From positions 314,284-378,283 of the forward strand of contig JAXLYI010000006.1 in assembly GCA_046351555.1 (NCBI GenBank): a DNA stretch of 64,000 bases, in the 5' to 3' direction. A program made the position numbers and the translations under genes. Below are positions 36,347-44,359 of the stretch, piece after piece (position 1 is the first letter of the stretch; each line of letters starts with the position of its first letter). Below the pieces are notes generated by a model that did not search any database, had not been told where the DNA came from, and saw only the letters and a list, made by a program, of their open reading frames with translations. Origin of the DNA: Polyangiales bacterium. GTDB taxonomy: Bacteria; Myxococcota_A; Polyangia; Polyangiales; Ga0077539.

Positions 36347-37702
36347 GTGAGGACGGAGCCGCGCGGCGGTGTCGCGGCGGCGAGGAGCGCGATGGGCAAC
36401 GGCGATCGCAACCACGACGCCTCGGGCGACGCCTCGGTCGACGGGTGGTTCGACCTGCTCGACGAGGAGCTCGAGCAGGAGGCCGCCGCGCGCCCGGCCG
36501 CCCCGGGCCGCGCCTCCGTCGCCCCCGTCAACCTCGCCGGACTCAACGAGATCTCCAACAAGGTCACCCCGGTGATGCTCGCCCCGGTGAACCACCTGCT
36601 CCCGATCGAGCCCTCGGTCGCCCCCGAGCCCGCCCGCGACGCCTGGGACGACGACCTCGCCCATGACCCCTTCGGCGGCTCGCTGCTCTCCGAGCCCGCG
36701 GCCAACGGGGTGAGCGCGCCCCCCACCAGCCACTCGCTCCCGCCCCTCATCAACGGCGAAGACGAGCACGGGCAGGAGTTCCTCGAGTTCGGCGAGGCGC
36801 CGAGCGCGGTGCTGGGCTACGGCGCCGCCGCCCCGCCGCCCCCGCAGGTCGTGACCCCGCGGCCCCCGCCCGGCCTCGCGGTGACCCCCTTCGGCGCCGA
36901 GGCCGCCGACTCGCTCCCGCCGCCCCGCGAGGCGCCGCGCTCGTCGCACCCGCCGCCCACCGGGCGCCTCTCCCACCTGCGCCGCTCGCGCCCGCCGAGC
37001 GTCGTCTCGATGCCCTCGATGCCCGCGCCCGCGCCGTCGTCCCCGCCGCGCACGCCCACCCTGCTCGGCCAGTCGATCTCGGTGCCCCCGCCGCCGGCGT
37101 ACCCCATCACCGCCCCCGACGAGGACGCCTTCGACCTCAGCGATTTCGACCGCTGGGGCGAGGACACGCCGCGGCCTTCGACCTCCGTGCAGGAGATGTT
37201 CGCCTCGCCCGCGTCCCGTCCCGCGCCGCCGCCGCTGCCCGCGCCCCCGCTGCCCGCGCCCGCGCCGATGCCGTCGATGCAGGGGCTCTTCACCGACGGC
37301 TCGGAGTTCGTCTCGCCGCCGGAGCACGAGTCCTTCTCCGAAGCGCTCACGGTGCCGCGCCTCGGGCCGAACATCCCGTCGGTCTCGCACGCGCGCAGCA
37401 CGCCCGACCGCGCCACCCCCGCCGTCCGCTCGTCGCCCCCCGTCGCCGTCCACGCCGCCCCCACGCGGCCCTCCGGCGCGACCTCCAACGCCCCGCCCCG
37501 GCGCAACAGCGCGACGATGGCCTGGGCCGAGGCGCCGACGCCCGTGCTGGGCACCCCCGCGCCCGCCCGCGACGCGCTCCCCCCGAGCTCCCGCCGCGCC
37601 GGCCCCCGCCGCTGCCGCGCGCCGAGTCCGCCGCGCCGCCCCCCGCCGCGCCGCCCCCCGCCTCGCCCGGGCCGCGACGCGCCCCCTCGTCGTCGCGGGT
37701 GA
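36347..37702 (+). CDS. Pro/Ala/Ser-rich low-complexity protein translationally coupled to the DnaK-like gene (GTG 3 nt after its stop). There is no J domain.
   Basis: GC3 is very high across a 1.35-kb frame. It has an acidic N-terminus (DGWFDLLDEELEQEAAARP), then PPxP-rich repeats. The last 60 aa or so are Arg/Pro-rich and may reflect a wrong frame or start. Confidence 0.45.
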   Translation: MRTEPRGGVAAARSAMGNGDRNHDASGDASVDGWFDLLDEELEQEAAARPAAPGRASVAPVNLAGLNEISNKVTPVMLAPVNHLLPIEPSVAPEPARDAWDDDLAHDPFGGSLLSEPAANGVSAPPTSHSLPPLINGEDEHGQEFLEFGEAPSAVLGYGAAAPPPPQVVTPRPPPGLAVTPFGAEAADSLPPPREAPRSSHPPPTGRLSHLRRSRPPSVVSMPSMPAPAPSSPPRTPTLLGQSISVPPPPAYPITAPDEDAFDLSDFDRWGEDTPRPSTSVQEMFASPASRPAPPPLPAPPLPAPAPMPSMQGLFTDGSEFVSPPEHESFSEALTVPRLGPNIPSVSHARSTPDRATPAVRSSPPVAVHAAPTRPSGATSNAPPRRNSATMAWAEAPTPVLGTPAPARDALPPSSRRAGPRRCRAPSPPRRPPPRRPPPRPGRDAPPRRRG

Positions 37703-38106
37703 CGCCCGACATCGCGCCGCCCCGCCGCGTCTCGCCCCGCCAGGAGATGCACGAGCGGCTCGACGTCGGCGACTTCACCGCCGCCCTGACCACCGCCGAG
37801 ACGATGCTCGAGGTCGACCCCGACGACCAGGACGCGATGCACGTCGCGGAGGTCTGCCGCGCCAAGCTCAAGGCGATCTACATCGGCCGCCTCGGCTCGC
37901 TCGACAAGATCCCCGTCCTCGCGGTGCAGCGCACCAACCTCCGCGGGCTCTCCCTCGACCACCGCTCGGGCTTCCTGCTCTCGATGATCGACGGGATGTC
38001 GTCCATCGAGGAGATCGTCGACATCGCGGCGATGCCCCCCCTCGAGGCGCTCCGCACGCTCTACAACCTGGTCACCCAGCAGATCGTCACGCTGCGCGAC
38101 CGCTGA
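37699..38106 (+). CDS. Hypothetical 135-aa protein. Its GTG start overlaps the upstream stop in a GTGA arrangement.
   Basis: It contains DVGDFTAALTTAETMLEVDPDDQDAMHVAEVCRAKLKAIYIGRLGSLDKIPVLAV...IEEIVDIAAMPPLEALRTLYNLV. It looks globular and has high GC3. No family was recognised. Confidence 0.5.
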   Translation: MTPDIAPPRRVSPRQEMHERLDVGDFTAALTTAETMLEVDPDDQDAMHVAEVCRAKLKAIYIGRLGSLDKIPVLAVQRTNLRGLSLDHRSGFLLSMIDGMSSIEEIVDIAAMPPLEALRTLYNLVTQQIVTLRDR

Positions 38107-38109
38107 CGG

Positions 38110-38670
38110 TCACTCGTCGTCTTCGATGCAGCACGCGGGGTGGCGCTGCGGGCGCCAGCGCGTGTAGTGGAGCCGCGGTCGCAGTCGAACGATCGCCTCG
38201 AGCTCGGCCCCGCCCGTCGACACGCCCTCGGCGCCCGACACGCCCGCCGCGAGCGACTGCGCGATGCGCCGGTCGAGCGCGTCGACGTGGCGGGTGAGCA
38301 CCCGGACGCGCCCGACGCTGCCGCTCGGGAGCAGCACCACCGCGAGGCGAACGTCGGGGGTGTGGAGGTCGCCGTCGCCGTCGACCAGCGACGGGAGGTC
38401 GTCGGCGAGCGAGGGCCCGAGGTCGCTGAAGTGGTCTTCGAGCATCGCCCGCAGGTGCGCCGGGAGCGCGGCGCCGGAGAGGTAACGGGCGGCCTCGACG
38501 TGGGCGGTGACGGCGGCGCGGGCCCGCGTGGGGACGGGGCGCTCGCCGAAGCAGCGGTAGTCGCCGCGGTCGTAGAGGGGGTTGCCCGGCACGCAAGGCG
38601 CGCGCTGGGCGAAGGCGCCGGCGGGCAGGAGGGAGAGGAGGCCGGCGACGAGGGTGGTGCGGCGGTTCAT
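38110..38670 (-). CDS. Hypothetical secreted protein with a signal peptide, about 186 aa.
   Basis: The start is placed at MNRRTTLVAGLLSLLPAGAFAQ within the listed ORF 38110..39816. It has 4 Cys residues, including a C-terminal CC. Confidence 0.45.
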   Translation of the reverse strand: MNRRTTLVAGLLSLLPAGAFAQRAPCVPGNPLYDRGDYRCFGERPVPTRARAAVTAHVEAARYLSGAALPAHLRAMLEDHFSDLGPSLADDLPSLVDGDGDLHTPDVRLAVVLLPSGSVGRVRVLTRHVDALDRRIAQSLAAGVSGAEGVSTGGAELEAIVRLRPRLHYTRWRPQRHPACCIEDDE

Positions 38671-38786
38671 GGCGTTGCTCCGTGAGATCGATCGTACGTG
38701 AGGAACTTTGGGACGGTCGAGTTGCCGGGGCGGTTCCCCCGCGGGGGCGATTCTCCGGCGCGAGGGGGTGCGTGGGTGACGCGCGC

Positions 38787-39959
38787 TCACCCGCGGCGCA
38801 GGGCGGCCTCCACCTCGGGCTCGGCGTCGCGGCCCTCCGCGATGGCCGCCAGCGCGGCGCGCTCGGCGGGCTCGGCGCCCGACTCCGCGGCGACCCGCAC
38901 GCGCGTCCGGCCCCGCTCGCTCGTCGAGAGCGCGAGGGCCGCGGCGATCCGCTGCTCGGGGCTCGCGGAGGGGTCGGTGACGAGCGCTTCGAGACGTCGG
39001 CGGTCGAGCGCCTGGCTGCGGTAGTCGTTGGGGCGGTCGCCGAGCTCCTTCAGGTGGTCGCGCCACGCGGCGTAGGGGCGGTCGCCGCGGGCGAGCGTCG
39101 TCAGCGGGTCGCCGGCCGTGCCCGCCGCGCGGTAGTCCGCCAGCGCCTCGGCGATGCGCGCACACACCGCGCTGCGGACCCACGGGTCTTCGGTGTCGCA
39201 CCAGAGGCGCACCTCGCGGCGGTCGGCGAGCGTGACCACGACGTCGGTGCCGTCCTCGCGCGCCGAGGCGACCTGCGACCACGGGAAGAAGCGCGGGAAG
39301 AGGCGCGCGCGGCTCCAGAGCCCGTCGCGGCCGACGGTGAGGTCGAGGCGCGGGAAGATCGCGCGGCGCAGCGCCACCACGAGCACCAGCCCGAGGGCCA
39401 TGGCGCCGAGCACGAGCTGCCCGCCGTCCGGCGCGAGGCCCGCCTCCCGCAGCGCCGTGAGCACGGGGAGCAGCGCGAAGACGCCCACCATCGGCCCGAG
39501 CACCACCGTCAGGAGCTGGTGGAAGATGCGCTTGTGTTCGAAGCGGGTGCGGCGCTGCGAGGGGTCCTGCCCGACGGCGGAGAGCACCGCGCGGGCGTCG
39601 TCGAGGTCGCGCACGGACAGGCGGAGGAGCGTGCGGTTGCGCAGCTCCAGCACGACCGCGAGGGCGTCCTTCTCCTGCGAGACGTAGCCCGCGGCGATGT
39701 CGCGCGTCGCGACCGAGGGGCCGCCCCCCAGCACGAGCGCGTCGCCCTGCACGCGGGCGGTGATGTCGCGGCGACGCGTCATCGACCAGAGGGGGAAGAC
39801 GAGCGGTGTCAGCCACACGAAGAGGCCGGCGAGCGCACCCACGAACGAGGCCGAGAAACAGGCGCCCGCGAGGGCGGCGATGAACAGCGCGACCGCGCCC
39901 GGGTCGAGCCAGTAGCGGTCGGTCCAGAGCGTGCGGCGGCCCAGGTCGAGGTCAGCCAC
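38787..39959 (-). CDS. Integral membrane protein with bacterial PH-like (bPH/YdbT-like) domains, hypothetical.
   Basis: The candidate GTG start is at VADLDLGRRTLWTDRYWLDPGAVALFIAALAG. There are TM pairs, followed by DITARVQGDALVLGGGP...LRLSVRDLDDARAVLSAVG (a bPH-like fold guess). It is 15 nt downstream of the 271-aa gene. Confidence 0.5.
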   Translation of the reverse strand: MADLDLGRRTLWTDRYWLDPGAVALFIAALAGACFSASFVGALAGLFVWLTPLVFPLWSMTRRRDITARVQGDALVLGGGPSVATRDIAAGYVSQEKDALAVVLELRNRTLLRLSVRDLDDARAVLSAVGQDPSQRRTRFEHKRIFHQLLTVVLGPMVGVFALLPVLTALREAGLAPDGGQLVLGAMALGLVLVVALRRAIFPRLDLTVGRDGLWSRARLFPRFFPWSQVASAREDGTDVVVTLADRREVRLWCDTEDPWVRSAVCARIAEALADYRAAGTAGDPLTTLARGDRPYAAWRDHLKELGDRPNDYRSQALDRRRLEALVTDPSASPEQRIAAALALSTSERGRTRVRVAAESGAEPAERAALAAIAEGRDAEPEVEAALRRG

Positions 39960-39973
39960 GGGGCGCGGCCCTC

Positions 39974-40789
39974 CTACGCGGGGACGATCACGTCGCGGTT
40001 GGGCAGCTCGCCCTGCATCTTGCGCCGCTTCACGCGCTCCCCCTCGGCGACGACGCCCCTCGCGCGGTGCACCGTGTTGGCGTGCGGCGTCCGCTCGCTC
40101 TCCTCCCAGTCGCCGCCGGCGCGGCCCTGCGCGTAGAGCGTGTGGTCGAAATCCGCCGTGGCGGGCAGCGTCCCGTCGTGCACGTGAACCGTCGGGAAGA
40201 AGAGCGTCTCCGGCGCGCGCGAGCGGAAGGTGAGCCCCATCGGGTGGAAGTGCTGGCGGCGGAGGGCGGTCGTGGGCGGCTCGTCGCCCGAGAAGATGCG
40301 GCGCCACCAGGGCTTCGGCGGGGCCGCCACCGTCTCCGCCCCGAGGCCGCGGAGCTGGAACACTGCGAAGCCGAAGCGCTCCTGCGCGCAGAGCGCGTCG
40401 ACGACGCCGGGCGAGAGGCGGAAGCGCGGGTCGAGGCGTTCGAAGTCCTCGGGCGCGGGGACGAACGACGCTTCGAAGGACCCGACGGCGTGCACCGCGA
40501 GGGTGGGGCCCTTCGCGCGCGACGCCTGCGGGGCCGCCTCCGTCTCGAGGTCGGCCATGGGGAAGAGCGCGTCGAGGGCGGAGAAGAAGTACGACTCCTC
40601 CGAGAGGTCGACGAAGCGCACCGCCTCCTCGCCCGCGGCGGGGTCGGTGGGGAGCGGGAGCACCATCGCGAGGTCGGCGGCGGCGGCGACGTTCATCGCG
40701 TAGGCGAGCGACTGGGTGCGGTCGTCGACGCGGCGGGCGAAGACGCGGGTGTGCTCGACGAGGGTCACACGGCCGGAGAAGCAGCACAT
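39974..40789 (-). CDS. Conserved-looking hypothetical protein (271 aa), immediately downstream of the RpoB-like gene on the same strand.
   Basis: GC3 is high, with no low-complexity bias. No family was recognised from sequence. The gap to the RpoB-like stop is about 10 nt. Confidence 0.5.
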   Translation of the reverse strand: MCCFSGRVTLVEHTRVFARRVDDRTQSLAYAMNVAAAADLAMVLPLPTDPAAGEEAVRFVDLSEESYFFSALDALFPMADLETEAAPQASRAKGPTLAVHAVGSFEASFVPAPEDFERLDPRFRLSPGVVDALCAQERFGFAVFQLRGLGAETVAAPPKPWWRRIFSGDEPPTTALRRQHFHPMGLTFRSRAPETLFFPTVHVHDGTLPATADFDHTLYAQGRAGGDWEESERTPHANTVHRARGVVAEGERVKRRKMQGELPNRDVIVPA

Positions 40790-40798
40790 GGCGCGATG

Positions 40799-43700
40799 CT
40801 ACCGCCGCCCGGACGTCCGGCGGTAGCGCCGAGGGCTCCCCACGTCGAGCCCCACCGCCTGCAGCGTCTTCATGAACCGCGCGAACGCTTGCGACCCGGT
40901 GGCCACCGCGTGCGCCTCCCCCCGCGCGAGCGCCGCGTCGAGCGCGCCGGCCGCGTGGAGGTCGTCGCCGCGCGCCCCGAGCGTCTCCCGCAGTGTCTCG
41001 GCGGCGCCCCAGGCCATCAGCGCGGACACCGCGTCCTCGTCGAAGGGCTGCCCCGGCGCGTGCGTCGCGTCGCCCACCGGCTCGCGCGTGGTGCCATCAC
41101 GAGGGCCCCGCGCGCGCGCTTCGAAGACATCGTCCACCAACGGCGTGAGCTTCAGGAGGTGCAGCGCCCCGACGCTCACCGGCGCCCGGAAGGGCTCGCC
41201 CGTTCGCCCGTCGCGCAGCCTCACCGTCTCGCCGCCGCCCGCGTAACGGTCGCAGCACGACACCACGCGCGGGAGCTCGATGGGCGACGCGCCCCCCGAA
41301 GCCATCATCTCGCAGAGGATCCCCACCGCGTCGCCGCCTTCGAACACCGCCGCGGGGTCGACCACGGCCTCCACCGCGCGCCCGTCGTCGAGCAGCGGGA
41401 GGTCTTCTTCGGCGACGATCCGCGCGACGGCCGAGCGCTCGCCGTGGCGGCTCCCGACGAGGTCGCCGACCGAGAGGGGATGGCGCTCGACCACCCACAC
41501 GCGAACCACCGCGGTCCCCTTCGCGCGGCGGTCGGGGCGGTACACCTCGGCCCGCGTCACCACGCCCTCGCACCCGCGCAGCGCCCGCAGCGAAGCCCCC
41601 TCCGCCACGCCGTCCCGCACGAGCACGCGACCCGCGAGCGCGTCGCCTTCGCGCACCCTCGCCCCCACCCGCGCGAGGCCCTCGTCGTCGAGCCGCGCCC
41701 GCTCGCCAGCGTCGAGGTCGGCGGCGTCGCGGGTGAGCTCGTGACGGCCGCCCGCGGCGCGCCCCAGCGAGCCCGTGACCACGCGGACGTGCGCGGTGCA
41801 GAGGCGCCCTTCGCGCACGAGGCGCTCCGAGACGGCGACGGCCCCGTGGTCGTTGAAGCCCGCCCAGGGCATGAGCGCGGCGAGCACGTCGTCCCCGCAG
41901 GCGAGCGTCCCGTCGACGACGCCGTGGCCCTGCGCGAGCGCGTCGCCGACGGACACGCGGTCGCCCTCGTCGACGCACGGGCGCTCCCGGATCACGCCGC
42001 CGCGCGCGGGCTCGAAGCTCCGCAGCGGGTGCGTCACCTCGTCGCCGTCGCCGCGCACGACCACCTCGCGCGCCGTCGCCTTCACCACCTCGCCCCCGAC
42101 GCGAGACACGACGCTCGCCGTCGCCGCCACGCGCGCGTCGAGGGCGGTCGCCACGCGCGGCGCCGTCGCGCGCAGCGGGGGGAGGGCCTCGCGGAGGTTG
42201 CGCGCGCCTGCGCTCCACCGCTCGGGCGCGTCGTGCACGGCGAAGGGGACGAGCGCCGCCGTGACGCCCACCCACTCGTCGCGGGACGGGTCACGCCACG
42301 CCACCTGCTCCCGGCTCACCGTCGTCGCGCCGGCGCCCGTGATCACGGGGACGAAGGGGCCGTCGGCCTCGCCGTCGTCGACGCGGAGCGGGGCGCCGCC
42401 GAGCGTGAGCGCGTCGACGGAGCGCGCGTGGAGCTCACCCTGCGCGCCCACCATGATGAACGTCGCTTCGAGGCGGCCCTGCCAGCCGACGCGGGCGCCG
42501 AGCGCGAGGGCCGAGCCCGGCGGCCCGTGGTCGTCGCGGGCCTCGATCGGGCAGAGCAGCTTGTACTGCGACCACGCGGTGTCTTCGAGGGCGAAGCCGC
42601 TGCGCTTCGAGGAGCCCGACGCAGGCTCGACCGCGGCGAGCCAGCGCGACTGGGCCACGGCGGCGACGGGGTTCACGCGCGCGACCGGCGCGCTGACGCG
42701 GGTGCGGGTGAAGAGCTCCAGCACGGCGCGCTCGAGCGGACGCGCGACCAGCGAGCTGTGCGGCCAGAAGGAGGCGTCGAGGTCGAACAGCGAGAGCCGC
42801 TCCTCTGCGATCGCCGAGACCCGCGCGAGGCCGTCGCGCACGGCGCCTTCGAGCAGCTCGCCGACGCCGCGCACCACCGCGTCCCCGAGGCTCGGCTCGT
42901 CGGGGTCTCGCGCGAACCCTTCGACGCGGCGAACGAGCGCGACGAGCGTCGCGACGACGTCGTCGGCGGAGAGCGTCCGCGCGTCGCCCGACGTGCCGAG
43001 GAGGCGGTTCATGCGCGCGCGGCCCGCGGGCGAGAGGTCGAAGCGGGTGACGTCGCCGAGCGCGCGCCGCACGAAGTCCGCGGTGACGCGCGGGTCGGCG
43101 TACTCGGGGCCGTGGACGCTCTGCCAGAGCGCGAGGCGGGCCTCCTCCTCGCCGTCGTCGCGGCGGCTCATCTCGGTGCGGAGGATGACGTCGCTGAGGT
43201 CGCGGAGCGTGCGGTCGTACACCGGCCCGAACGGCTGCTGCGCGACGACGAGCAGCGGCACCTCGCGGACCCCGGCCGCGCGCAGCCGCGCGAGGCGGCG
43301 CAGCGTGAGGGGGTCGCCCGCCTCGATGACGACCTCGCCGGTGTCCTCGTCGACGACGTCGCGCGCGGCGACCGCCCCCTCGACCTCGTGGTCGTCGTAC
43401 GCGAGCTCGGTGACGCCCGCCGCGGCGAGCGCCTTCACCGCGGCGCGGGTGAACTTGCGGTGCCTCGCCACACGGACCTCGCCGTTCACCACGACGTCGC
43501 GCGCGGCGCGCCGGCCCGCCAGCCGCGCGGGGTCGAAGCGCAGCGCGACGTCGCGCTCGCCGACGCGGAGGGCCTCGACGGCGTAGGCCCGCGTGAGGAG
43601 TTCCTCGCGGGAGAGGCCCATCGCGCGGGCGAGCGTGGTGGCCGGAACCCACCGGGCGCGGGGCCCGAGGCGCGCCTCGAGCGTGCGCGTCTTCTTCGCC

Positions 43701-44281
43701 ACGCGGACCTCGACGCGGGGCCCGCGGAGCGGCTCGATGCGCGCCCCGTCGCCCCGCGCGAACCCGTGCGCGAACACGTCCTCCGTCGTGAACCACACGC
43801 CCGGCTCGCGCGCGAGCTGCGGGTGCACCACGCGCTCGACGCCGTCGATGACGAAGGTGCCCGCGTCGGTCATCCACGGGATCGCCCCGAGCACGACGTC
43901 CTCCTCCGCCGCGGCCACGATCCGTCGGGCGCCGTCGGGGGCGACCTCGAGGCGGACGCCCAGCACGGTGACCCGGAGGGCGCGCTGCCAGGTGGTTCCC
44001 GCGAGGAGGCAGTCGTGGGGGGACCCCTCGGGCGCGTCGAACGCGTAGCGCACGAGCGCGAGCTCCTGGCGCTCGCAGAACGAGCGCATCGGGAAGCGCT
44101 CGCGGAGGCACGCCTCGAGGCCCTGCAGGAGCCGCGCGTCGGGCGCGACGTCGGCCTGCGTGAAGGCGTCGAACGACCGGCGCTGGTGCGCGATGAGCGG
44201 GTCGGTGTCGGGCATCGGGTCGCCGGGGCGCGATGGTAGAGCGCGACGGCACCGCGCGTCGCGGGCGGCGACGGACGCCAC
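40799..44281 (-). CDS. Highly divergent paralog of the DNA-directed RNA polymerase beta subunit (RpoB-like). It is full-length and collinear with RpoB, but catalytic-site residues are substituted.
   Basis: Collinear matches to E. coli RpoB, from my memory of the E. coli sequence:
- IPWMTDAGTFVIDGVERVVHPQLAREPGVWF against [31 protein letters not shown]
- LCPIE against VCPIETPEG
- LMPWAGFNDHGAVAVSERLVREGRL against [25 protein letters not shown]
- LDDEGLARVGARVREGDALAGRV against [23 protein letters not shown]
- GSRHGERSAVARIVAEEDLPLLDDGRAVEAVVDP against [33 protein letters not shown]
- LRDGRTGEPFRAPVSVGALHLLKLTPLVDDVFEAR against [35 protein letters not shown]
- GQPFDEDAVSALMAWGAAETLRETLGARGDD against [21 protein letters not shown]

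The start is GTG at 44281 or ATG at 44215 (MPDTDPLIAH). Confidence 0.85.
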   Translation of the reverse strand: MASVAARDARCRRALPSRPGDPMPDTDPLIAHQRRSFDAFTQADVAPDARLLQGLEACLRERFPMRSFCERQELALVRYAFDAPEGSPHDCLLAGTTWQRALRVTVLGVRLEVAPDGARRIVAAAEEDVVLGAIPWMTDAGTFVIDGVERVVHPQLAREPGVWFTTEDVFAHGFARGDGARIEPLRGPRVEVRVAKKTRTLEARLGPRARWVPATTLARAMGLSREELLTRAYAVEALRVGERDVALRFDPARLAGRRAARDVVVNGEVRVARHRKFTRAAVKALAAAGVTELAYDDHEVEGAVAARDVVDEDTGEVVIEAGDPLTLRRLARLRAAGVREVPLLVVAQQPFGPVYDRTLRDLSDVILRTEMSRRDDGEEEARLALWQSVHGPEYADPRVTADFVRRALGDVTRFDLSPAGRARMNRLLGTSGDARTLSADDVVATLVALVRRVEGFARDPDEPSLGDAVVRGVGELLEGAVRDGLARVSAIAEERLSLFDLDASFWPHSSLVARPLERAVLELFTRTRVSAPVARVNPVAAVAQSRWLAAVEPASGSSKRSGFALEDTAWSQYKLLCPIEARDDHGPPGSALALGARVGWQGRLEATFIMVGAQGELHARSVDALTLGGAPLRVDDGEADGPFVPVITGAGATTVSREQVAWRDPSRDEWVGVTAALVPFAVHDAPERWSAGARNLREALPPLRATAPRVATALDARVAATASVVSRVGGEVVKATAREVVVRGDGDEVTHPLRSFEPARGGVIRERPCVDEGDRVSVGDALAQGHGVVDGTLACGDDVLAALMPWAGFNDHGAVAVSERLVREGRLCTAHVRVVTGSLGRAAGGRHELTRDAADLDAGERARLDDEGLARVGARVREGDALAGRVLVRDGVAEGASLRALRGCEGVVTRAEVYRPDRRAKGTAVVRVWVVERHPLSVGDLVGSRHGERSAVARIVAEEDLPLLDDGRAVEAVVDPAAVFEGGDAVGILCEMMASGGASPIELPRVVSCCDRYAGGGETVRLRDGRTGEPFRAPVSVGALHLLKLTPLVDDVFEARARGPRDGTTREPVGDATHAPGQPFDEDAVSALMAWGAAETLRETLGARGDDLHAAGALDAALARGEAHAVATGSQAFARFMKTLQAVGLDVGSPRRYRRTSGRR

Positions 44282-44359
44282 GCGGGGTATTCCCGGGGCG
44301 CCTCTTTCCGGTCATGCTCCCGCGCGCCTCACGGGAGGCGCCACGGAGCCACGAACGCC

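Noticed and set aside
40067-44239. A 1390-aa plus-strand ORF across the RpoB-like locus.
   Set aside because: It is antisense to the minus-strand gene that carries the collinear RpoB motifs. Its translation is E/R/G/A/H-rich junk (...HRVEVLAAEGGRGRLVAREDAAPPGLRRGRHRLRPEAAELEH...).
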